From Okamejei kenojei (lineage: Eukaryota): a stretch of 64,000 nt of DNA. The stretch is taken from the NCBI GenBank assembly GCA_035221665.1, contig CM069160.1:1550001-1614000 (forward strand), read 5' to 3'. Made by a program: the position numbers and the translations under genes. The notes beneath the pieces are model-generated. The model saw nothing but the letters and a program-made list of their open reading frames with translations, did no database searches and was not told the DNA's origin. Positions 25,331 through 35,500 of the stretch are shown here, one piece after another; position 1 is the stretch's first letter, and the number at the start of each line of letters is the position of its first letter.

Positions 25331-25612
25331 CTTGGGCTGGAAAAAAAAACCATGGTCGTATAAACAGTAAAATCAGAGGAACACACCAGCCTCTACTTAG
25401 GGCAGACACGCACACCTAAGATAGTACTTAAGCACAGCGAAGTGACATTCACATCGTCACTAAATATCCACCCAAACAATACTCTCATATTTTTGAGGTC
25501 GGTCAGTTGTCCTTAGTCATATAACTAATAAACTAAACTCTCACATATACGTACGAAAATCCAACATCAAAAATACATATAAAAAAAAAAAAAAACCCAA
25601 CAATCACCCTGA

Positions 25613-26112
25613 NNNNNNNNNNNNNNNNNNNNNNNNNNNNNNNNNNNNNNNNNNNNNNNNNNNNNNNNNNNNNNNNNNNNNNNNNNNNNNNNNNNNNNNN
25701 NNNNNNNNNNNNNNNNNNNNNNNNNNNNNNNNNNNNNNNNNNNNNNNNNNNNNNNNNNNNNNNNNNNNNNNNNNNNNNNNNNNNNNNNNNNNNNNNNNNN
25801 NNNNNNNNNNNNNNNNNNNNNNNNNNNNNNNNNNNNNNNNNNNNNNNNNNNNNNNNNNNNNNNNNNNNNNNNNNNNNNNNNNNNNNNNNNNNNNNNNNNN
25901 NNNNNNNNNNNNNNNNNNNNNNNNNNNNNNNNNNNNNNNNNNNNNNNNNNNNNNNNNNNNNNNNNNNNNNNNNNNNNNNNNNNNNNNNNNNNNNNNNNNN
26001 NNNNNNNNNNNNNNNNNNNNNNNNNNNNNNNNNNNNNNNNNNNNNNNNNNNNNNNNNNNNNNNNNNNNNNNNNNNNNNNNNNNNNNNNNNNNNNNNNNNN
26101 NNNNNNNNNNNN
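25613..26112. other. Assembly gap (exactly 500 N)
   Basis: A round-number N run, typical of a scaffold join of unknown size. Confidence 0.98.
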
Positions 26113-26789
26113 AGGAGGAGTGGGTGGCTCACGTTGGGGTGATGGTATACTTCCCATCAGCTCCTGCAACCCCTTGTCACCTCGTGTAAGGACTTGTCTC
26201 TGAAGAGGTGTCCCGGATCTGAATCAACCACCAGTCCATTTTCTCCATCGATGTTGGAGACCCGCTGAGTTCCTCCAGACTTTGTGCTTTACTCAAGGTA
26301 ATTAGCCACTCATTACTGGATCTTTATGCCTACTGAAGCCCGTGCTGACCTCGAGCATCTGTCTGTACCCAAAGCAAGCATAAAGCATTTTGTACTTGGT
26401 TTGTTTTTTTTTTTTTTTTGGGGCCCCCCCCAAGGGTTGGGTTAGAGCTTGCTGACCACTGCTGACTCATAGGCCATCCTGACTTCAAAGCGGTTCTGCG
26501 TGGGGTTTGGCACGTACTCCCCGTTATCGTGTGGTGGTGGGTGAGGGAAGTGAGTGATGAGGGGGGGAGCGGTGGGGAGGGGAGAGGCTAATGGGGGGAT
26601 GTGAGTTGGAGTGGTGGAAGGACAATGTGAGGGGGAGAGGTGAAGGTTAAGGTGAGGAGAGGAAATGTGGGGGGAGAGCAGTTAGTGGAGAGAGTTGAGG
26701 TGCAGGGGAGTGTAGGATTCAGAGGTGAGGGGAGAGAGGCGTGGGGAAAGAAGTGAGGGGGGAGGGATAGAGTTGAGAGTAGAGGGTGA

Positions 26790-27440
26790 GCATAGCAAAA
26801 GGATTTGAATATGGGAGCAGGGAGGTTCTACTGCAGTTTTACTAGGGTCTTGTGAGACCACACACTGGAGTATTTGCGTACAGTTTTGGTCTCCAAATCT
26901 GAGGAAAGGAAGGCGTAGTGCAGAAGAAAAGGGTTCACCAGGGACTGATTCTGGGAGTCAGGACTTCCATATGAAGAAAGACTGCATAGACTCTGCTTGT
27001 TACTCGCTGGAATTTAGAAGATTAAGGGGGATCTTATAGAAACTTACAAAAATTCTTTAACGGGGTTTGGACAGGCTAGATGCAGGAAGATTATTCCGAT
27101 GTTGTGGGAAGTCCAGGAAAATGGGTCACAGTTTTTTAAGATAAGGGGGAAGGATAAAATCTTATGGGACCGGAATGAGAACTCATTTTCACACGGAGAG
27201 TGGTGAATCTGTGGAATTCTCTGCCACAGAAGGTAGTTTGAGGCCAGTTCATTGGCTATATTTAAGAGGGAGTTAGATGTGGCCCTTGTGGCTAAAGGGA
27301 TCAGGGGGTATGGAGAGAAGGCACGGACAGGATACTGAGTTGGATGATCAGCCATGATCATATTTGATGGCGGTTGAAGCTGGAAAGGGCCGAATCCAAA
27401 AACTGGCCTACTCTGCACCTATTTTCTATGTTTCTATGTG
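26790..27440 (+). mobile_element. CR1-type LINE 3' fragment
   Basis: Same motifs and tail, indel-rich. Confidence 0.85.
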
Positions 27441-28209
27441 TGGGGGGTGAGGGGAAGCGATGTGAGTGGGCGGGATAAGTGAGGGGAAGAGGTGTGGGGG
27501 AGGGGAGTTCAGAGAGTCCAATCCTTCCTCTCACAGTGAAACTTTCAAAGACTAGAGTGCATGGCTGTAAACTGAGAGGGAAAACGTTTAAAGGATTTGT
27601 GTGGGACAAGGTATTTTACACAGAGGCTGGTAGGTGCTTGGAACATTCTGCCAGGGGTGGCGGTGGAGGCAGATGCAATAATGACATTCAACATTTTTTT
27701 TAATAGACAAATGACAGTGAAGGAATGAGGGATTATATTAAAGAACAGAGAACAATTTAGCACAGGAACAGGCCCTCCGGCCTAAAGTGTGCATGCCAAA
27801 CAATCAAGCAAACACATGTATAACAGCTCATGCAAGGAGAGCAATAGCAGAATCTAGTATTACAGTGTTCTAGCGTTAGTTACAGCAAATAGTCCAAAGT
27901 CCACGGTGTCAGGACACAAACCTATTGCTGAATGTCAGCGAGATGAAGGAACAAGTGTAGGAAGAAAGTGAAAGATGCTGGTTTTCAAAACAGGAGAATA
28001 GACGGGAAAAAGCTGGAGTAACTCAGTGGGTCAAGACAGCCATCTTCTGGAGTAACGGAACTAGTAGATGTTTCAGGTCGAGACCTTTCTTCAGACTAGA
28101 GACTGACTTGAGGAAGTGTGTTGGAATGTGGGCTACAATCAGCACCAAGGGTGGAGTGCTGAGCGTTTCAGCAACTATTAGCCTGGGACCAACCACTCCA
28201 AAAGCTGCA

Positions 28210-28680
28210 TCATAGAAAAATTGACAAAAGGTGCAGGTGGAGGCCATTCAGCCCTTCGAGCCTGCAACCGCCATTCTATATGTCATGGCTGATCATCAAC
28301 TCAGTATCCTGTACCTGCCTTCTCTCCTTACCCCCTGATTCCCTTAGCCACAAAGGGGCCACATCTAACTCTCTCTTAAATATAGCCAATGAACTGGCCT
28401 CAACTACCTTCTGTGGGTAGAGAAATTCCAGGGTATCACGGTACCTCTCTGTGTGAAAAATGTTTTTCCTCATCTCGGTCCTAAAGGAATTCCCCCTTAT
28501 CCTTAAACTGTGACCCCTTGTTGACCTCCCCAACATCGGGAACAATTTCCCTGCATCTAGCCTGTCCAACCCCTTAAGAATTTTTAAGTTTCTATAAGAT
28601 CCCCCCTCAATCTTCTAAATTCTAGCGAGTACAAGCCAAGTCTATCCAGTCTTTCCTCATATGAAAGTCCTGACATCCCA
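28210..28680 (-). mobile_element. CR1-type LINE 3' fragment
   Basis: ORF 28276-28569 LDAGKLFPMLG...GHSLRI. Confidence 0.88.
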
Positions 28681-28959
28681 ATCTAGAGATACAGGGCGGA
28701 AATAGGCCTCTTCAGTCAGAGGGCAATGAATCTGTGGAATTATTTGCCGCAGAAGGCTGTGGAGGCCAAGTCAGTGGATATTTGCAAGGCAGAGATAAAT
28801 AGGTTCTTGATTAGTCCAGGTGTCAGAGGTTATGGGGAGAAGGCAGGAGAATGGGGTTAGGAGGGAGAGGTAGCCATGAGTAAATGGCGGAGTAGACATG
28901 ATGGGCCGATTGGCCTTATTCTACTCCTAATCCTTGTCTTACCTTTTTTTTTCCGGGGG

Positions 28960-29200
28960 GCCCACTGAGTCTGCATCGACCTGTGATCCCGCCACACTAA
29001 CGCTATCTGACACACGTTAGGGACAAAATTTACATTTAGACAGCCCAATTAACCTACAAAACCTGTAAGTCTTTGGAGTGGTTTGTAGAGTGTGGAAGGA
29101 ACCGAAGATCTCGGAGAAAAACCCGCGCAGGTTTGGTCACGGGCGTGAACGTACATACTCCAATACAGACAGACCCGTTGTCAGGATCGACTCGGGTCGC
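28960..29200 (-). mobile_element. V-SINE fragment
   Basis: Reverse complement of the SINE body seen at 14370-14525. Confidence 0.72.
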
Positions 29201-29359
29201 TGGTATCACCCCATGTATGGCCCTGAGTGGCAAGGGGTTTGGGGTGGGGTGGGTGGGGGGTATTTGCAATTGTGGAAAACAGGCAAGTAGGACGAAAAGA
29301 ATGCACGTTTAACTCCGAGATTGTCGGATGATATTTTTGCACGGCTCCTGGCTATATTA

Positions 29360-29946
29360 ACATAGAAACATAGAAAATAGGTGCAGGAGGCCTTTCGGCC
29401 CATCGAGCCAGCACCGCCATTCATTGTGATCATGGCTGTCGTCCGCTATCACATAACCCGTGCCATGGCCTTATCCCCATATCCTTGATTCCACTAGCCC
29501 TATGAGCTCTATCCAACTCTCTCTTAAATCCATCCAGTGATTTGGCCTCCACCGCCCTCCGTGGCAGGGAATTCCACAAATTCACAACTCTCTGAGTGAA
29601 TACGTTTTTTCTCACCTCAGTCTTAAATGACTTCCCTTTTTTTCTAAGACTGTGGCCCCTGGTTCTGGACTCGCCCAACATTGGGGACATTTTTCCTGCA
29701 TCTACTCTTTTCACCCAGAAAGTTGTGAAATATGGAATTCCCTGCCACAGAGGGCAGTGGAGGCCAAATCACTGGATGGATTTAAGAGAGAGTTGGATAG
29801 AGCTCTAGGGGCTAGTGGAGTCAAGGGATATGGGGAGAAGGCAGGCACGGGTTATTGATAGCGGACGATCAGCCATGATTACAATGAATGGCGATGCTGG
29901 CTCGAAGGGCTGAATGGCCTCCTCCTGCACCTATTTTCTATGTTTC
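29360..29946. mobile_element. Two CR1 3' ends fused in inverted orientation (- 29360-29705, + 29708-29946)
   Basis: ORFs 29430-29714 (-) and 29652-29858 (+) both encode WNSLP.RAVEAKSLDGFKRELDRA. Confidence 0.88.
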
Positions 29947-30129
29947 AATCTAGCTTGTCAGTCCTTTTATATTGTACATATTTTCTTTGAATAAAGTTTA
30001 TTTTCATTAAATAAATACATGGTTAGATTGGTGTCATGGTGGGAGAGGACGTGGGATGTTGCCACTGTTAGTGTGCCACCCATGGGTACTGCCCAGGCAT
30101 AGGTGCCAAAAGAGACTGCTAGGAGCCTA

Positions 30130-31260
30130 GGAAATACCTGGGAGTCCACATGTCTGAGGATATGACATGGACACACACACTGCAGCACTGGTGAGTAAGG
30201 CAAGGCAGCGCCTTTACCACCTCAGGCAATTGAGGAGATTCAGAGCGTCTCCGAGGATCCTCCAGTGCATCCTCAGCGGCTGTGGAAAGCATCTTGTCCG
30301 GAAACATCACGATTTGGTTTTGGAACTGCTCTGCCGAGGACAAAGAAGGCTCTTGCCGGAGAGTAGATTGTTAGTGTTAACGAAGAAGAAACTGCGATGC
30401 TGGAGAATCGGAGGGTTACACAAAAAGTGGAGAAACTCAGCGGGTGCAGCTAGCATCTTAAGGAGCGAAGGGATAGGCGAGTTTTGGGTCGAAGAACCCT
30501 TCTTCAGACTGGTCAGGGATCAGGGAGGAAACGAGATGATATTGACGTGATGTGGAGAGATAAAGGAACAATGAATGAAAGATATGCTAAAAAGGTATCG
30601 ATGATTAAAGGGAACAAAAGCCATTGTAAGCTGTTTTGTGGTGTGAAAATGAGAAGCTAGTGCGACTAGGGTAGGGGAGGGAGATAGAGAATAGAGGAAT
30701 GTCAGGGCCCGAGGGTCTGAGGGAGAGGTGGAATGGGGAGGGACAGCAGGGTTATAAACAGATTGAGAAAATTCAATGTTCAAGCCCAAAGGATTGCAGA
30801 CTCCCAAGGATATGAGGTGCTGTTCCTCATGTATACTTTTTTGCATTTCTTGCATTCATTGTTCTTTATCTCTCCACATCACCGTCTATATCTCTCGTTT
30901 CTCTGATCCCTGACCAGTCTGAAGAAGGGTCTCGACCTGAAACGTCGCCTATCTCCTTCGCTCCTTAGATGCTGCTGCACCCGCTGAGTTTCTCCAGCTT
31001 TTTGTGTAATCATCTGCCGAGAGTAGTGGGTTCGGCCGAACGCACTATGGGAACTACACTCGCCCCCCTGCAGGACCTATACATCAGAAGATGCAACTCC
31101 AGAGCCACCAAGATCAGGGGAGATGCCTTCCCACTATCCAGGCAGCGGCTGTTCCAGCTGCTACGGACAGGCAAACACCTCCGTTGCCATGCTGTGAGAA
31201 CAGAGAGGATGAGAAGGGGTTTCTTCCCAGAGGCCATTAGGACTGTAAACTCTCCAGGGA
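30130..31260 (+). mobile_element. Rex1/Babar-like LINE 3' fragment interrupted by Penelope-like inverted termini (about 30355-31008)
   Basis: KARQRLYHLRQLRRF...VESILSGNITIWFGNCS before the insert; RVVGSAERTMG...RTERMRRGFFPEAIR after it. Confidence 0.78.
30919..30946 (+). ncRNA. Minimal type I hammerhead-ribozyme-like motif (Penelope-associated)
   Basis: CTGAAGA-A-GGGT-CTCG-ACCT-GAAAC-GTC: both core boxes, stem II and a GUC site. Stem I is weak. Confidence 0.6.
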
Positions 31261-31550
31261 CTATCTTTACTGGATTTGCACAATCCGCGGGCATTGCCAC
31301 TTTTCATTTCACTGCACATCTGGTATTTGTATGTGACAAATAAACCTGACCCTGCACATTGGTAGGTACACAAAAAGCTGGAGAAACTCAGCGGGTGCAG
31401 CAGCATCTAAGGAGCGAAGGAGATGGGCGACGTTTTGGGCCGAAACCCTTCTTCAGACCGCCTCTCCAGCCTTTTGTGCACCCGCGATTCTCCAGCATCT
31501 GCAGTTCCTTCCGTAACACCCTGCACATTCGTAACCTGTTTGCTCGACAT

Positions 31551-31570
31551 CTGCCCGGCAACAAGTGACG
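31551..31570 (+). promoter_or_regulatory. RFX X1 plus CRE-like X2 box upstream of PSMB9
   Basis: CTGCCCGGCAACAAGTGACG resembles an X1 half site (GGCAAC) followed by TGACG. Confidence 0.45.
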
Positions 31571-31766
31571 AGGGAGCCAGGCTAATTTGCAGGAGCTGCT
31601 TGCTGCCTGCTGCTGCCCGGGGTCCCGGTCTCTCCCCTCCTCACTCACACCCAGGTCCCAGGACCTGGCCGGGGCGGGGAGCGGGGCATGGAGCGGCCGC
31701 GTGGCGTTTGACGGGGGCGCTGGGCTTGCAGTGGAGGCGGTGCCTCGTACCCGTTCCGCCCGGGCA

Positions 31767-31781
31767 ACTTTCGGTTTCACT
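31767..31781 (+). promoter_or_regulatory. ISRE/IRF element of the PSMB9 promoter
   Basis: ACTTTCGGTTTCACT matches TTTCNNTTTC and lies about 30 nt before the first ATG. GC box GGGGCGGGG at 31671-31679. Confidence 0.75.
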
Positions 31782-31810
31782 CTCAGTGCAGACGGCGGCG
31801 AGGGAGGGGG

Positions 31811-31909
31811 ATGCAGACGGCGGCTACGAGGGGGATGCAGGCATCGGGGAGGAGGATGCAGACGGCGGCGCGACCGTCCGGCGCCCCCACCACACCAGTC
31901 AGCACCGGA
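31811..31909 (+). CDS. PSMB9: PSMB9 exon 1 (propeptide MQTAATRGMQASGRRMQTAARPSGAPTTPVSTG)
   Basis: Ends in VSTG with phase-0 donor GTAAGT at 31910, as expected just before the catalytic Thr1. Lies in a CpG island after an ISRE. The true start may be 31811, 31835 or 31856. Confidence 0.82.
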
Positions 31910-32539
31910 GTAAGTCCCATCGCCTGCCGCTCCGGTCCGATGCTGGCGGGTGGGTGGGTGGGACGGGTGGAGTGGGACCGGGCTGGAAGTGGGACGGGCT
32001 GGAGTGGGGACCGGGCTGGAGTGGGACCGGGCTGGAGTGGGACCGGGCTGGAGTGGGACGGGATGGGGCCACTGGGAGAGTGATGAGGATCCCGTGGCTG
32101 AGGGTCAGCATCAGCTGGAGTGAGAGCCCGGACCCGCGGGAGCGGGGCTGAATGTCCGGGATTGGGGAGGGGAGCTGAGGGTCGGGACTAGAGGGAGACA
32201 GAGGGGCTGCCGAGGGTTCAGACCCAGCGGGAGGGGGCTGAGGGTCGGGTCGGGACCCAGGGGAAGGAGGACAGAGGGTCGGGCAGGAAGGTGTTGAATG
32301 GTCGGGCCCGCCACAGGAGGGGGGTAGAGAGTGTCCCGGGGACAAGGACTTGCGTGCGGATGCTGTTCCCGCTGGGGTGGTGCGGGGGGGTTGGTGGGGG
32401 GGGGAAGGGAGGGGAGTGGGGGTCTGGGACCCAGTGCCCCTGAGGTGGCGGGATCACCGTCCACTCCACGGGTACAGCCCCTGCCCCACAGCGCCAGATA
32501 CAATGGCATATTTCGAAATGTTTTATAGGGATGTGTGAA

Positions 32540-35500
32540 TGGGAATAAGGTGTGGAAGGGAATGGATGGGATGGTATATTGGATTGTAATGTGGCGATGG
32601 GGGACGAGATGAGATATGAATGGCCTACGGGGGATGGGAGGAGGGATGAGGCGTTGATGGATGGCGGATAGGATGTGGAATGGGATCAGGATGGGTTTGT
32701 AGGGGATGGGGGGCGGGATGGGGGTGTTGATTTGATAGGATATTAGATGGGGGAATGGGGTGTGAGGGTGGGGGGGTGTCGTGAGTGTGGGATGGCGTGT
32801 GGAGTGGGGTGTGTGGAGGGTGGGGGATGTGAGGGTGGGGGGTTGTGAGGGTGGGATGAGTTGTGAGGGATTGGGGGTGGGGTTGTGTGAGGTGTGAGGG
32901 GTGTGAAGGGTGGGGGTGTGAGGGTGGGGATGTGTGAGGGTGGTGGGTGTGAGGGTGGGGGTGTGTGAGGGTGGGGTGTGCGAGGGTGGGGATGAGTGTG
33001 AGGGTGGGGGTGTGTGGGTGGGGGGGTGTGAAGGGTGGGAGAGTGCCTGAGGGGTGGGGATGTGTGTGAGGTTGGGAGTGTGAGGGTTGGGGGGTGTGAG
33101 GGTGGGGGTGTGCCGAGGGTGGGGTATGAGTGTGAGGGTGGGGATGTGGTGGGGGTGGGGGGTGTGGGGTGGGGGAGTGCGAGGGTGTGGAGTGAAATGA
33201 GGTGTGGAGTGAGAGTGTGGGAGTGTGAGGGTGGGGTGTGTGCGGGTGGGGAGTTGAGGGTGGGGGTGTGAGGGTTGGGAGTGTGAGGGTGGGGGTAGAG
33301 TGTGAGGAGGTGGGGGTGATGAGAGAGTGGGGAGGTTGAGGGTGGGGGTTTCTGTGAGGGTGGGGGGGTTGTGAGGGTGGGGGAGTGTGAGGGTGGGGAG
33401 TGTGAGGGTGGGGTAGTGAGGGTGGGGAGTTGGTGAGGGTGGGGATAGTGCTCAAGGGTGGGGATGATGTGAGTGGTGGGCATGAGTGTGAGAGTTGGTG
33501 TGTGGAGTGGTGGGGAATGGGTGGCTGTGTGGGGGGATGAATTGAGTGGGGATGGGTGTGAGTGGGGTATGGGTTGTGAGTGGGATGGGCTGTGTGAGTG
33601 GGGCATGTGTGTGAGTGGGGATGGGTGTGAGGGTGGGGATAGGTGTGAGTGGGATGGTGTGAGGGTGGGGATGGGTGGAGTGGGGATGGGTGTGAGTGGG
33701 GGATGGGCTTGTGGAGAGGAGATGGGTCTGAGTGGAGAAGGTGTGTGAGGGTGGAGGACGGAGTGTGAGGGTAGGGGATGGTGTGAGGGTGGGGATTGGG
33801 TGTGAGTGGAGATGGGTGTGAGTGGGGATGGGTGGAGGGAAATATGGTGTGAGGGTGGGGGCATGGGTGTGTGAGGGAATGGGTGGGTGTGAGGGTTGGG
33901 GTATGGGTGTGAGGTGGGGGGAATGGGTTTGAGTGGGGATGAGTGTGGGGTGGGGAGTGGCAAGGGTGGGGGGATGTGAGGGTGGGCAATGAGGAGTGTG
34001 AGGTGTGGTGTGTGAGCGGTGGGATGAGTGTGAGGGTGGGGATGAATCTGAGTGGGATGGGTGTGAGTGGAGATGGGTGTGAGTGGGGATGGGTGTGAGT
34101 GGGGATGGGTTGTGAGGGGCGGGATGGGGTGTGTTTGTGGAGGGTGGGATGGTGGTGTGAGTGGGGATGGGTATGAGAGTGGGGATGGGTATGTGAGGGT
34201 GGGGATGGGTGTGAGTGGGGACTGAGGTGTGAGTGGGATGGGTATGAGAGTGGGGAATGGGAGGTGAGGGTGGAGGATGGGTGTGAGTGGGATGGGTTTT
34301 TATGTGAGTGGGATGGGTATTGAGAGTGGGGAATGGGTGTGAGGGTGGGGATGGGTGTGAGTGGGGATGGGTGTGGTGGGGATGGGTGTGAGGGTGGGGG
34401 ATAGGTGTGAGTGGGATGGGTGGTGAGGACTGTGGGGGATGGGTATGAGTGTGGGATGGGTGTGTGTGGGGATATGGGTGTGAGTGGGGGATGGGTATGT
34501 GAGTGGAGATGGGTGTGTGAGTGGGGGATGGGTGTGAGGGTGGGGATGGAGTGTGAGTGGGGGATGGGTGTGAGTGGGCGATGGGTGTGAGTGTGGGGAT
34601 TGGGTGTGGAGTGGGGATGGGTGTGAGTGGGGATGGGTGTGAGTGGGGGATGGGTGTGAGTGGGGGTTGGTTGTGAGGGTGGGGATGGGTAAGTGAGTGG
34701 GGATGGGTTCAGTGAGAGAGATGGGTCTGAGTGGAGATGGGTTTTGTGAGGGTGGGGGAATAACGGGTGAGTGGGGATGGGTGTGAGGGGTGGGGATGGG
34801 TTTGTGGAGTGGGGTTGGGTGTGAGAGGAGATTGGGTCTGAGTGGAGAGGGGTGTGAGGGTGGGGATGGTGTTTGTGAGGCTGGGATGGTGTGAGAGTGG
34901 GGAAGGGTGTGAGTGGGGATGGGTTGTGAGGGTGGGGATAGTGTGAGGGTGGGGATGGGTTGTGAGTGGGGATGGGTGTGAGTGGGGTGATGGTGTGAGT
35001 GGGGATGGGTGTATGGTGTGAGGGTGGGTATGGGTTGTGGAGTGGTTGATGGGGTTGTGAGTGGGGATGGGTGTTGGGTGTGGGAGTGTGAGGGTGGGAT
35101 GGGTGTGAGGAATGGGTGTGAGGGTGGGGACTGGCGGATGTGAGTGGGGATGGGTGTGAGGGTGGAGATGGGTGTGGTGTGGGGCATGGGTGTGAGGGAG
35201 GGATGTGGTTGGGGGGGAGGGTGGGGGATGGCGTGTGAGGCTGGGGATGGGTGTGAGTGGGGATGGTTGTGAGTGGGATGGGTGTGAGGGTGGAGGATAG
35301 GTGTGAATGGGGTATGGGTTTGTGAGGGTGGAGATGGGGTGTGGAGGGTTGGGGATAGGTGTGAGTGGGAATGGGTGTGAGGTGTGGGGTAGATTGTGAG
35401 TGGGGATGGGGTTGTGAGTGGGGATGGGCTTGTGAGGGTGGGGATAGGTGTGAGTGGGATGGGTGTGAGTGGGGATGGTGTGAGGCTGGGGATGGGTATG

